DNA of 64,000 nt from Octopus sinensis (lineage: Eukaryota). The stretch spans positions 36,580,001-36,644,000 of the forward strand of contig NC_043005.1 in the NCBI RefSeq assembly GCF_006345805.1. The letters are read 5' to 3'. The notes beneath the pieces were generated by a model. That model was not told the DNA's origin and did not search any database. It saw nothing but the letters and a program-made list of their open reading frames with translations. This document shows, piece after piece, positions 11,654 to 25,628 of the stretch (position 1 is the first letter of the stretch; each line of letters opens with the position of its first letter). The position numbers and the translations under genes are program-made.

Positions 11654-12269
11654 CACACACACACATAGACATACGTAAGCCAAACATTTTTCAAATATAT
11701 CATTTTTTCTATTTTCACTTGTCTGCTGTTATTTTAAGAATGATGAAAAAGTAAATTGTAATACCTTTTATTATTATTATTATTTCAACATCGAGGACCA
11801 GAAAGCAATGTGCAGCCTCCTTGTTGTCAATAGATTCGTAAAACTGCGAAACATTTGAATAGTTTTGCCTGTTTAAGAATGATTCAAAAAACTGTCATTT
11901 GAATTTTTTTGACAATGAAAGGAAGATGATTAAGGAAAAAATGTCACCTGTTTTTGACAAGCATTTTACCATTGATGAATATGTCGAAGTATTTTGTGAT
12001 ATATTCATTTATTTCATAGCATTTGATGATTGCAAAATTGGAAATTGGATTGCTCTGATATTCTTGTGCTATGAATGCCAAATGAGTCGTGTCAGTGAAA
12101 GTCGTTGAGAGCTGGAATTAGATTTGATTGATATGAGGTTGTGTGAATATGGTTGTAGTTGTTACAAGAGGCAAAGTAATTCTGGCGAATAAGGAATTGT
12201 TTGAATAACTACAAAGTCGTAAGTTCGAATACCAGTTAATAAAGTTTTTAATATTTTCATTATGGTTGC

Positions 12270-12475
12270 GACCTAGCAGCATCGTTAAGCATGCCGGGCA
12301 AAATTCTTAGCTGTATTTCATCCGTCTTCACGTTTTGAGTTCAAATCTCACCGAGGTCGATTTTACCAGACATCGTTTCGCGGCCGATAAAATAATTACC
12401 ACTTGAAAACTAGGATCCATATAATAGACTTATCCCTGCACTGAAATTGCTGTCCTTATGCCAAAATGTAGTATC
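12270..12475 (+). mobile_element. Degraded group B SINE
   Basis: GCAGCATCGTTAAGCATGCCGGGC...GAGTTCAAATCTCACCGAGGTCGA...GATAAAATAATTACC...GCCAAAAT. Confidence 0.75.
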
Positions 12476-13214
12476 AATATTTAGGGGTTTCTTCTTATGT
12501 TGAGAAGGGAAAATAATATCTTGATATCAATGAAGTTTAGAATTGAGAGGAAGATGAGGCTATGTGACATAGATAGGAAAAGAAAACCATCGAATACAAC
12601 TTCAAATTAATTAATATTTTTTTCCTCAACAACTGTACGCAAAAATTAAAACGATCCCATGAAATGGAATGATAAGCATGTGCAGGACTTTTACAAACAT
12701 GCATGAGGCACTGCCAAGAACTCCAATACACTCACACTGCTTAACACACGCACACACACACACACGTATGTTTTATGCATATTTATTTATATGCTGTCTG
12801 CAAATATGTGTGCAAAAAAAGAAAGAAGAAACCACATCATCATATCAGATCCTACCTTAAATAAGAAAATTAAACCTTAACTTTGTCTTAAATGTGCCTC
12901 TTAAAAGTTGAAGTGTTTAGCGATGGGATGTCTTCGATTATAACCCTGCTCCGGTTTGACTTGCGACAGCTGAAACAATGTTTCATAAGTACTGTTCTAT
13001 GCTACTTTTAAATATAGAAAGACCTCAATCATTGGACGAGACTGACCATACATCTCGTTTTATTTGTGGTCATACTGGGGTTGGCTACCCTGCTTGTCAA
13101 ACAGGGTGGGAAACAAACAATCAAACACATGTACATACAAACATATATACATAGACACACACACACACATATATATATATCTATATATAGAGAGAGAGAT
13201 CGAGAGAGAGAGAG

Positions 13215-13487
13215 ACCCTTCGGTTATGAAAGACGGGATTGCGTCTAGAAAGCACAAGTCTGGGCAAGGTTGTTTATGGAAGACCAGCTGTCGCCCATGC
13301 ATACAATACTCCCCCCTCCACGCCACCGATGTTATCCAAGGGAAAAGCAAAGGCCAATACAGCTTAGCATCAGTGACGTTGCAACTCATTTCTACACCTT
13401 AGTGAACTGAAGCAACGTAAAATGAAATGTCTTGCTCAAGTACAAAACGCGCAGCCCAGCCTAGGAATCGAACTCACTACCTCATAA
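13215..13487 (-). mobile_element. tRNA-derived SINE, group D (CORE-like CTTGAGCAAG segment)
   Basis: The minus strand has B box GAGTTCGATTCC, then TACTTGAGCAAGACATTTCATTTTACGTTGCTTCAGTTCACT. Related segments are at ~23010-23150, 34245-34380, 45830-45965 and 60443-60660. Confidence 0.65.
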
Positions 13488-14230
13488 ATACACAAACACA
13501 CACACACGACGAGCTTCCTTAGTATCCGTATACAACATTTACTTACGAGGCATTAGTCAACCCGGAGCTGTGAATGCACTTGTCCAAGATGCCAAAGGGT
13601 AGGTCTGAAAGCATGCGGTGGGTCTGAAACCTGAAAGTATGTGATTGTTTACTGAGTTTCTTAATTAGAAAGCCATGTCTGCGTCTACATCTACACATGT
13701 AAGTCTGCAAGATATTTTTGAAAAAAACAAATAGTGATCCATGGATACAAGTCTTCACTTTTCATGCCATCAGCGATTATTCGATCGAAAATCATTTAAC
13801 TTCGAGCTTTTACAACTGGCCAGCGAACACTACGCTTGTATTGCTGTCAATCTTCTAACAGTACTGCCAATTTGCAGTGGTAGATTGCTATTTATTTTTA
13901 TCAACCTCGAAACAATGGAAAGCAAAGTTGACCTCGCGGATATCCGAACTCACAAAACAGAGACTGGGTATAAATACCGCCTCGGATTCTGCTCAATGTT
14001 GCTCCGACTCTGCCAATTTGTTGAGTTCATAAAGAAGGCAAAAGTAAAACATTCCGTAATCCCTCACATCAACAATACATGTATCAAACGTGTGATTACA
14101 AAGTCTGTTTCTGTGTATGCTTGCTCGTGTGCGTATGTGTGCGTATATGTGTGTGTGTGCGTGTGCGCGTGTGCGTGTATGTGAGCATATGTATAAGTAA
14201 GTATATGTGTATGTATATTTCTCTCTATCG

Positions 14231-14264
<34 letters not shown>

Positions 14265-14380
14265 GTATGTATATATATATATAATTACTTGCACATATAT
14301 GCATATATACATGTATGCATATATGCATACATACATATGCATACACCTACAAACACGCAGGCACACACACATATATATAT

Positions 14381-14498
14381 GGAGTGCCTGTGTGGTAAGT
14401 AGCTTGCTTATCAACCACATGGTTCTGGGTTCATTCCCACTGCGTGGCACTTTGGGTATGAGAACGGATTTGATAGACGGAAGCTGAAAGAAGTCCGT

Positions 14499-14558
<60 letters not shown>

Positions 14559-14596
14559 ACGGACTTCTTTCAGCTTCCGTCTACCAAATCCGCTCT

Positions 14597-14681
<85 letters not shown>

Positions 14682-14920
14682 GTATGCGGTGTGTGTGTGA
14701 GAGAGAAAGTGTGTGTGTGTGTGTGTGTTTGTTAGTTTGTCCCTGCAACATCGCTTGACAGTCGATGCTGGTCTGTTTACGTCTCCGTAACTTAGCAGTT
14801 CGGCAAAAGAGACCGATAGAAGTTCTAGGCTTAAAAAGTATAAGTACTGGGGTCGATAAGCACGAGTAAAGGCGGTGCTCCAGCATGGCCGCTGTCAGAT
14901 GACTGAAACAAATAAAAGAA
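14381..14920 (+). mobile_element. Group C SINE with internal microsatellite and internal fold-back duplication
   Basis: Head GTGTGGTAAGTAGCTTGCT...GGGTTCATTCCCACTGCGTGGCAC, internal (TA)n/(TG)n, and 3' end GGCGGTGCTCCAGCATGGCCGC...TGACTGAAACAA. Confidence 0.85.
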
Positions 14921-15099
14921 TACACACACAACACACATATACATACCTTTATGTATATTTGAATATATGTATACATTTGAATAGGTGTATATAGGAATTT
15001 GTTATATTTAACACAAGTGGAAGTCTCTACAGAAACATTCAATATATGGTGACAATTCACATCCGAGAATTTAGATTTGAGTACTTTACTAAAAATAAT

Positions 15100-15480
15100 G
15101 CAACAAAAAATATAATTCTAAACACTTGAAAATGCAATAAATAGCTATATTGTCATTTCGATGAAAAATGTGAGCTTATGATATATTGACACTTTATATG
15201 TAGTTGGTACTGTCAAAATTGATGATTAGGCGTTGATAGAAAAATAAGTAGAATGTTTTGAGAGTTATGAAAGGAAGAGTTCAGTATTTTCTATAGTTGG
15301 CAGAGGTTGCATTCTGGTTAACGAATATATGATTCTGTTTGAAAAATCATGACAATAAAATGGCGTTTATGCCTGAAGCAATGTCTGCGCTTTTCTGAAG
15401 ACGTGATATTTGAGCGTGTCTTCATAGCACATCCCAAATCCTCGCTGTTTAGGCGTACCGGAATTGTTATGATTACAATT
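15100..15480 (-). mobile_element. Possible decayed Penelope-like RT fragment
   Basis: The minus strand gives TIPVRL and IENTELFLS remnants resembling the P.RPI.S region of Penelope RT. Many stops; boundaries are approximate. Confidence 0.3.
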
Positions 15481-17149
15481 TCGAAATCCCCTCCACAAAT
15501 CTTTTTTTAAATTTCATTGCCAATTTTTTGTTTGTCTTTTTTATGATTTATTTATGTACTATTATTTGACAAATTTTAATTACTGAATCACAGTTCTAAT
15601 GTTAGATTGAGAGGAAAATAATTATTTCTAAATCGTAAAGTCAGGTTATATAAAAACCGTATGTTTTCTATACTGTAAAAATAAGTTCAGTACAGGCAAA
15701 TGGTTTAGAGGTTCGCATTGCAACGACGGGTTCTATGAATTGATGCCACTGCATTGCAGATCGAGCAAAGGTAATTTTGGTGGGGTAACGAAGGGTCGCC
15801 CAAATCTTATGAATGGAAAAAGGTAGAAAGAAACTCTGCTGACGCCCATCGTGTAGATTACACAAGGAATTTAAATAGCGCAGCTTTTTCAAGTGCCGTC
15901 AAGCTGATTCTGGTCTTGAGTTACATTAAATATAGACAGGCATTGGCAATGGTCATTCACTTACACTATAATTCAAGAAAAACTGGTTCTGGTTCTATGG
16001 GGTGAAGTTAAGAAGAAAGGAAGAGACGAAATAGTGTGTGCATATGTGTGTGTGCGTGTGTGTGTCTGTAAATGGAGGGTGTAAATATGTGTCTGCGCAT
16101 GTAATATTATATGATGGAATGTATACAGTAACCATTTGTCTTGAGCCAGTGTCAGATTCAAACTCTCTATCGTCAGCTGTCGGGATGTGCTCTCTTTATC
16201 TTCATCTTCAAGAATTAGTTGTTTTGTATCCATATTTAAGCTTTGCAACGCTACACATATGGGTTTTTTTTTTCCATAATCACCAGCTAATTCAGCCGTA
16301 CTATTCTCCCATGTACATTTGGCATTTGTAGATTTTCTATCTTTTAGTATTTCACTCTGTTTAATAAATTATATAAACATTTGGTTAGCAATTTAGAATT
16401 TCCAACTTCATTAACATGTAGAATTTCGTGACTAATATCTCTAATTCTATATTCTGATTCTGGAGACATGTATTGTCACGGTTATCTGCCAGTCACTTTC
16501 GCTCCTAGCAATATGTGATATTGCGTGATGAGAAAGTAGTATTTGTTTTTCTCCATTGTCACAGGCATGTTTATATAAATTAGACTGGTAACTGTACTTC
16601 CGGTATGGCATTAGTGTATTGAGGTGAATGTCAGCTTTATCAGTCAAATGGCAGGTAATTGTACTTCCGCGCGTCTATGTCTGCAATAGTTTAGTCGGAA
16701 AACAAGTGAAAAGACCTAACATGAATCTAATCATCACGAAATGTCATATTAGACCATCGGGAGAAAAAATTCATTTCGTTTTTGGTAGAGATTAGCTTGG
16801 ATATATCTTACGCAAGCTATATAAAATGTGGAAATAGAAAGAAAAAAAACACGGATGCGATCATATATGAACGCATACACACACAAACACTCACGCACAC
16901 ACACACACTCATACACACACACACATACTACATGTATACATATACATGTGCATGTAGTGTGTGTAGAGACACACAAATATACAGACGCACAAGCTGAAAA
17001 GATATATGCGCTTTATATATTTATGCATTTGCATATGCAGATAAACAAACGCACAAACAGAAATATCGAAATAAAATGAAAACCCAGATTACACACAATT
17101 ACATACTTTCATATACACACACATACACACTCACACACACGCATGTATC

Positions 17150-17192
<43 letters not shown>

Positions 17193-17329
17193 TTCAGCGT
17201 TTTAATTGCATATATCAGTGAGATATCAAACTGTAAAAAATATATAATCAGAGCTTATATTCAGATTGATAGCAGAATTGTGAATGTTTTTTTAAGTCCA
17301 TACATTAACTGCAACTCTTCCACCTGTTA

Positions 17330-18150
17330 AATAGTCTTTACCGTTTCTGTATTTTCTTTTTGACGTTGAACTCCGTAGCGTGTAATTTCAATGGGAAATG
17401 TAATTGGACAATTTCTGTACGCACCTCTTCTCTCAATGTCTGAAATAAGAAATATCATTCGAGAACCGTTATTTAAATGTTACTTCTGGCGTAGCGTTTA
17501 TGGTGTTTATGTACAGCATCAAGTTTGGAGGAGATTACACTTTCTTCATATATGATAACTTCAACAATAAAAGACTGATTAAACAGGCATGTGGTTATAA
17601 TTCTTATATTCATTTAGCGTCATTTAATTTACGTTTATAAGTTATTAAGATCCTGCCTAAGTGTAGTGCAGTTGTAACTTAGTTTAAGGTTGTCCGTATT
17701 GAATTATTGTAGTTATAGGTTTTATAGGGATTATAGCGAAATAGTAATCAATTCAGGTCATGATGTTCTTATTAATATCGGACTTAGCATTCAATGTACA
17801 AGGAGGCGTGAATCAGACATTGCAATATTTCTACTTAGGTTGCGAGGGCCGTAGAATACGGGTGTAATAAATCTTTCACCTGAATTCATTAGATTGTCGT
17901 GCTGTATAATAAGGGTGATCCGTGTTGGCGAAGATATCCTTATTCGATTTATGCTGTCATATAGATTAACGAATTCTAGGGAATTATTGGAAAAGAATTT
18001 AGAGATCGAGACATAAAATTCAACAGTATCTCATATAGAGTCAAATTATTCAACCAACTAATTACTGTCCTTTTAGTTTCCATTGTTGAAGGTCGTTTAC
18101 TTTCAGAGATTTGGCGGTATAGATTGATCTATATTTAGGGTCAGCGGCAA
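17330..18150 (-). mobile_element. Decayed Penelope-like element (linker and GIY-YIG region)
   Basis: The minus strand gives FNTDNLKLSYNC (cf. the FNRN.VK.SYSC linker motif), followed by VIIYEESV and FRH remnants of a GIY-YIG endonuclease. Confidence 0.55.
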
Positions 18151-18991
18151 AATTCTCCTAATAGTCTTAAGTGTAATATACGACTCAGCTCACGGTTAGC
18201 TAGGTATTCTCATTTAATATTTAATTCTATTTAATGAGTTATTTGTGTCTCACTGTTTACCAATATTATTGTGTGTCACGTGGAGTACTAATAATTTCAC
18301 TTTCAATTATGGGTGAAGTTTTTTTTTTATAAATGGTATTTTTTTTTTCAGTTCATAAAGGTTTTTAGGTTTATCAGCGAATAAGAATTATATATATATA
18401 TATATACATACATACTTTGATGCTCTTTTCTTGTCTTTTTCTCCGTTCTTCAATCAATTACATATATATATATACATGTATGTATGTATGTATGTATGTA
18501 TGTATGTATGTATGTATGTATGTATGAATGTATGTATGCATGTATGTATGCATGTATGTATGTATGTATGTATGTATGTATGTATATAAGTATGCACCTT
18601 ATATTATTGCAATCGGAAGCACAAAAATAAGCATACCATTCATCTACACGAACACAACTTTTTTGCTTGTCGATGAAGTCTGTATGCATGTGTGTGTGTG
18701 CATGTATCTCTCCACCTCTCCCTCTATCTATCTATTATCACGACTCTATCTCTATTGATTTTGGTTTTCGCCTTACACACACGCACGCACACGCACACAC
18801 ACAGACACATACATGCATACATACACACACACATACACTTTCTTTCTCTACTCTCTTTACTTTCTTTCCATCTCCTAGTTCTCTCTCAGTTACTGTTCGA
18901 ATTTGGCTCTCTTCCCCACTGACAACCACCTAATTTGAAATATTCGAGTGAAGGACCCTCACAACGATAGGCTACATAAATATTTCATAAT

Positions 18992-19033
<42 letters not shown>

Positions 19034-19629
19034 ACACACACAATCATAAGGTTATCAACTGATATCATTTGGGATGTCAGTTGTTTGATAAATAACTCTA
19101 GAAGTTCATATATCATTATCGTCTGTTGATGGAATAATCCGTGGTTGCGGCGGTGTCAGTGTTGGTGAAGCTGGTGGGATAGTGTGAGGGGTGTGGTGAG
19201 AGCAGATTTAGAGTCGTTCCTCAACTTTTCCGTCTGTCTCTCTGTCGTTATATCTGTGTTTGTGTGTGATGGAATTTCGAAGTGTTCTTTGCATGTGTAT
19301 GTATGAATACATATGAACCCTGTGTGTTACTATAGTATTTCTATACGCACATGCACCCATTCACACATACTTAGTGCTTATACAGGTATATAATCGTATC
19401 TATGCTTACACACACGCACACACACATACACACACACACACACACATACACACACACACACACAAGCACACGCACACGCACACGCACACATGCACGCACT
19501 GAGACACACACATACACACACCTGCCCCACACATTCACATATATATTTAAATAAAACGAAATATCACCGTATAAGCTACTGCATTAACATATATAATTGG
19601 CAGTCAGAATACATAGCACACACATCCAC

Positions 19630-19673
<44 letters not shown>

Positions 19674-20013
19674 GCGCGTACACATACGCATTTACAGTAT
19701 TGTCACATACACACATATAGAAATACACACAAACGTATGCACGTGCGTATATGCGTCAAACAGGGACGCACTCGTATAATCCACTACATTCACCCACATA
19801 CAGCACACACATAAACACACACAGTTACGCCTATACACGCATGCGCACATACATGTGCAAACACATAGTTTTGTGTCTATCTGTATGATAATTGGTATGT
19901 GTCCATTTCTGTGTGCATGCACACAATGTCATCACCTTGTAACTATCTATCATATATTCCCTAGTGTTCCTTCAAACTATTAGCAGTCCAGATTTGTTTC
20001 ATATAATACATAC

Positions 20014-20053
<40 letters not shown>

Positions 20054-20251
20054 TTGTAAATGTATATATGAATGTCTGTTTGTCTGTCTATCCTTCCATA
20101 TGTATAGATGTATATACAACTGCGTGCTTCCCTGTGAATTCATATAGATATAAATATTTATTTATATATAATGTTTATATATGTATATATATTCGTATAA
20201 GTAAACATATATATTATATATATATATATATATATATGCTTATCTATCTAT

Positions 20252-20329
<78 letters not shown>

Positions 20330-20399
20330 CACATTTGTGTATTTATATTCGTATAAGTAAACATATATATATATCATATATATATATATGTACCTGTGC

Positions 20400-20449
<50 letters not shown>

Positions 20450-21189
20450 TGTATATAATATGCTTATCTATCTATCTATCCACACACACACACGCACATA
20501 TATATACATTTGTGTGCGTGTGTCTGTGTGTGCTTGTGTGCTTGTGTGTGTGTGTTTCCATATAAATATACATATACATATATATGTATGTGTGTGTGTG
20601 TCTATATATATGTGAACCGTTATTATCATTCTTTTTTTGTTTATAGTTTCGTCTTCTTGTCTTTTATACGTTCCTGTTTGTGATTTGTGTTATCGTTTGT
20701 GTATGGTGTAAACCGAAGCCTTCTTTTAAGTATTTTCGCTTGCGTTAATTTTTCCACAAATCTTTGCAAGTTATCACTGTTCATCCGTACATTCAATACA
20801 TCAATGTCACTATGAGCGACAACGTGCATTTCTCCGCTTAATTTAGTAAATTCATCTCTTCATATGCATCTAAAATTATAAAGAAAAATCATTTGGGACT
20901 TGCTATGATAGTTTGCAAGTTCACAGTTCAGAAGGGGATTGCGATTCCAAACGTTTGCAGCTGTCAACTGAAAACTTCAGTGTCAAATTTCAAATACTTG
21001 TTTGATGATTGGAATAGCTGTGACCCCTACTTACCTTGACCTATGCTTGCCCTCTTTTGGTTCAGCTTACCTTATTCTATCGCCACACTTTTAACAACAA
21101 GTATATTAATCGATGCTATGTATATCAAAATTAGGACATTCTTCTACTATTACGGTAATATCAGTAACAATATAAACAGTTATAGTTAT

Positions 21190-21360
21190 ATCGTCTATCT
21201 TTAGGTTCTGAGTTCAAATTCTGCCGAGTTCGACTATGCCTTTCATCCTTTTGGGGTCGATAAATTAAATATCAAGTTGCGTACGGGGGTCGATCAATTC
21301 GACTGGTCCCCCTCACCAAAAATTTCGGGTCATATGCTTAGAGCAGAAAAGAATATTAAC
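21190..21360 (+). mobile_element. Group B SINE (5'-truncated)
   Basis: GTTCTGAGTTCAAATTCTGCCGAGTTCGACTATGCCTTTCATCCTTTTGGGGTCGATAAATTAA...AAAATTTCGGG...AGAAAAGAATATT. Confidence 0.8.
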
Positions 21361-21669
21361 AGTTATCGTATTTACCAAAAGCATTAATAAATACGACCAT
21401 TTGAGAAGGACACAATAATCATTGAGATTGTTTGTTATAAGCACCGTTCTGACCGCCCATGGCCCTCTAGATGCGGAAGTCCAGGGTTGACCTTGGAAAT
21501 TGAACCACGCCAAACACATCTTTGGACACTCGTATATCATGCTGTAATAAATATGCAGTTACTAAAAAAAAACAACTAGTCATTGTAATCTAAATCTTAT
21601 CAAGTACTCTAATACATTCGCCTTTAAAACATTTTTGTTAGAAACACTTAAAAGTATTCAACACACAAG

Positions 21670-21815
21670 CAAGCGCGTTTCTTTCTCTCCTCATCTTTCT
21701 GCGGAAGAGCCTAGTCTCGAAATTTCAAAGGCTTCTAATTTTTCCTGAGTGTCAACATAATACATCCTGTTTATTTATTTTTTGTTACTTCGTCTGTGTG
21801 TTATTTATAGTTTTT
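21670..21815 (+). mobile_element. Penelope-like pseudo-LTR remnant with degenerate hammerhead-like motif
   Basis: TCTTT-CTGCGGA-AGAGCCTAGTCTC-GAAAT...AAAGG...TTCCTGAGTGT, homologous to the minus strand of 7843-8052. Confidence 0.45.
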
Positions 21816-21865
21816 GTACCATATATACATACATATATAATGCACACATCCATGCATCCATCCAC

Positions 21866-21960
<95 letters not shown>

Positions 21961-22055
21961 ATATTATATATATATATTATATATATATATATATATATAA
22001 ACATATATACATGTATGTGCTGCGTGTGTATACACACTCACACACTCACCCCCTC

Positions 22056-22094
<39 letters not shown>

Positions 22095-24158
22095 CACGTG
22101 ATCACGTGATATATATCGATGGATACTCAGGTGGAAGCTGCGTATAATTTATAAAGTACGGTGTGATATTTCTGCTGACACTGCCTTTAACTAATCGTTG
22201 ACAAAGGTCTACTAGTCATTTACTTACTTATAACTTAACTCGACTTTTTTCAGTTCAACACGAAAAGCCAGTAATAGCGATATTAAAGACTTTGATAACC
22301 ACAACTTATTTCAAAAGTTTATATCAGTTATCGAAACTATTCATGGAATACTTCCTTTATACATGAACTCTGTTACGAAATGTGCAAATATAAACTTTAA
22401 GAAAAGTAGATTGGAACCGAACAGAAAAGGCATTTCCTTAACGCAGTGATGTCTTGTTAGACGTCTCGATTTTGGATTCGACATGAATCTTTTACAATAT
22501 AGTGCCAACTCAATGACATAGAATTTAGTTTCAAAATAGAGAGCTACTAAGTTTAATAATCTGACAATTGTCTTATAGAAACAGTTATTGTAACACTCAT
22601 AAATTTCACGGTTAAGGGTTGTTTTCATATTAGATATACCTTACGGTACTCTTCATTTAATAAATATGTAAATTAGAGAATTGGTATGTTAAGAGTTCAA
22701 ATTTTATATTGACAATCACAAAAACATGAATCATAGTAAATAACTGAACGCGGAGTATTAAGTTAGCTACATTAATCCGAACTGTATTCACTAATGAGTT
22801 TTATGGTGACCCGTAATCACACTTTTAAATGGAACCCTCAAGTAAATATGACTTGGTAACATGTATCTTGCTTTTATTAATTGTTTTTTTAAATGTCCAT
22901 GTAACCTCAAGGTGAAGCAAGCACCCTTTCAGTTCTCCCCTATATGAACTAGCGGAACATCGAGAATGTGACATCTGGACAGAGAAAAGGCTGAGCTAGC
23001 GGTCAACTGATACTCATTTATAGTTGAAAACATTGGAACAACATACAATGAAGTGCTTTACCTAAGGACTCAACGCTCCGCTTGGTCCAGAAGTTGAGCC
23101 TACAACTTTACTGTTGTGAGATCAACCCTCAAATACTAAGCCATGTGCATTTGTAATTAATACTAATGATTGATCTATAAAAATTAAGATTGTCGTTGGA
23201 TTTGGCTTTTAAATAATACTAATAATTAATTTTAAAACCAAATAGCAGTCTTGCTTAAAATTTTGCAAGTTTTAAAACATCTGAGTTTATGTTTAAATGA
23301 GTGGCTTCTCATAACAAACAAACAGATTATTTAGATGCAGTTTCTTTCGTTCACATCTAAATTGTCCCAGGTGAACCGGTGATCCGCATATTAATTACAC
23401 AATATTTTGCACAGTAACAAATAAAATGAAAGATATACCGAAAAAATAATAGAAAATCTTTTAAGAAAATCATTAGCAGTCATCTTAAGAAAACCGCAAT
23501 TTTACATCTGCTCAAAATACTTAACGGATGTAGTCGTGATAACCAGGTACACGAGAAAGGATTCCGTGACATCCGTAAATTTTTTATTGCATTCTACCAT
23601 AAAACACGAAATACATGCATTGGGATGAGGATATCTCATGGAACATGTTCAAAAGCATGTGTAATTCAAGTGAATATAATTACATTGTAAACCCTGTGAC
23701 ATGCTTTAAAAGCCATGTGGTAATGAAAACGGGAAATTTCCATTGCATCAGGGAATTTTTTCTCTAATGGTTATTTTTCACTTAGTTTTCAATATAAATA
23801 AATTTGGCGCTCAGTTTTTTCTTTCGAAATTGTAGAATGCTTTTCAAAATTTCTTGATGCAGAAACAAGTGCGTAATGTTTACTTAATGTATCAAATTTT
23901 TTGTGTGCATTAATGCAAAGGAAATGCTTTTTTTCCCCTAACTGTTCAGGAAGAACATTATCAAGTTATGAAATATATCAATCTATTACTTTTTGTTTAA
24001 AAAATGTTCATCACAACAGAATCACTAATGTTTTCCTCTCACACAGTACCGCCATAAAGGCTCAAGATTAAAAATAAAATCAGTTTTTAATATTTTCTCA
24101 TATTGCTTTAAAAGCCTTCTAAATTCATACTTCTATTTTCATTAATATTCTATTCCAG

Positions 24159-24224
24159 TTGCTTTTTTCATTGTTCTGCAACTCTTGGCAGCTGCATTTA
24201 TTATTTGTCGTTAAAATTCTAGAC
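24159..24224 (+). other. Candidate 66-nt exon in unique sequence
   Basis: Pyrimidine-rich acceptor ...ATTCTATTCCAG and donor AC|GTAAGT. One frame is open throughout (LLFSLFCNSWQLHLLFVVKILD). Another reads AFFIVLQLLAAAFIICR then stop. Confidence 0.35.
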
Positions 24225-24924
24225 GTAAGTGAATTTTTCAATCAAGCTCATCTGTAGTGAAGAAGGTTAAACAATTTTCTCTTTTTTCTTTTGTATGATT
24301 AACTTCCTAATAGTTTTTTTTATCATATATTTTATTATCCAATCAAATATTTAGTTCTGTATTTAATCATTATTTTCAACCACAAACATTTTGTTAGTTC
24401 CTGTGGTTGATACAACAAAAGATTTTCTTAACTTCACATCACCTTTACATTAGCGTATCGCAATTTCTCGTTTCAGAAAAATCGTTTTATATTTATCATA
24501 TGACTTGCTACAGAAGACCTGTATAAACGTAACTCACCCGTTTGTGTTGAATATAAACTAAACACAGGGTGGTTACGATCATTTCTAAAAAACAAATACT
24601 GAAAATACACTTCAGATATTCTTACATATTTTCTTTAGACAGGATTCGATATTAGTATTTATCATGTATCATATAACTGTTCTGTAATTTTGTTTGATTC
24701 ATTCGATTTTGAATTATCATGGCTATATCCATAGTAGTTCTCAATGTTTCACATTACGTTGTAATGTGTAAACGGTGTCATTATGTCAGTGGCAGCATTA
24801 CTTTGTACCCGAGTAGTAAATCTGTAGTGACCGACTGAAACCCTTCAAGTGATTTTTAATCGTGCTTTATATGTATGCATGTGTATCTGTGTGTGTATGT
24901 GTGTGTGACTTCTGTGGGTGAATA

Positions 24925-25346
24925 ACTCTCTTTTACTCTCTTTTACTCTTTTACTTGTTTCAGTCATTTGACTGCGGCCATGCTGGGGCACCGCCTTTAA
25001 TCGAGCAACTGGACCCCAGGACTTATTCTTTTGTAAGCCCAGTACTTATTCTATCGGTCTCTTTTGCCGAACCGCTAAGTGACGGGGACATAAACACACC
25101 AGCATCGGTTGTCAAGCAATGCTAGGGGGACAAACACAGACACACAAACACACACACGCATATATACGTAATATATATATACATATATACGACGGGCTTC
25201 TTTCAGTTTCCGTCTACCAAATCCACTCACAAGGCTTTGGTCGGCCCGAAGCTATAGTAGAAGACACTTGCCGAAGGTGCCACGCAGTGGGACTGAACCC
25301 AGAACCATGTGGTTGGTAAACAAGCTACTTACCACACAGCCACACC
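24925..25346 (-). mobile_element. Group C SINE, full length
   Basis: The minus strand has a tRNA-like head (TGGCTGTGTGGTAAG; GGGTTCAGTCCC), CORE-like GGCACCTTCGGCAAGT, an internal TA/TG tract and a (GTAAAAGA)n tail. Confidence 0.9.
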
Positions 25347-25590
25347 TATATATAAATATCCATCAAAAAGCAGTAGAGTGACTATTATAGTATTTTAAAA
25401 TAAACTTATTTAGACTTGAGCAATGCATATGAATTATGATCTACAATACATGACACAACAAAGCTACAAACAATTACATCCATTTCTTTAGGCACTCACA
25501 CATATGCAAATAACTACAAATATATGTATGTATTTACACACACACACACATAGAGATAGATAGATAGATATGCATGTATGTATATGCGTG

Positions 25591-25628
<38 letters not shown>

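Noticed and set aside
10857-11718. Long ORFs rich in YI/HT/CV (also 20020-20565, 32945-33797, 31560-32107 and others)
   Set aside because: They are translations of stop-free microsatellites, with no domain content.
11800-12200. Possible GIY-YIG relic on -; similarly faint LINE RT hints at ~36860-37060, 40050-40700 and 56820-56920
   Set aside because: Motif resemblance is too weak to support by eye; a profile search would be needed.
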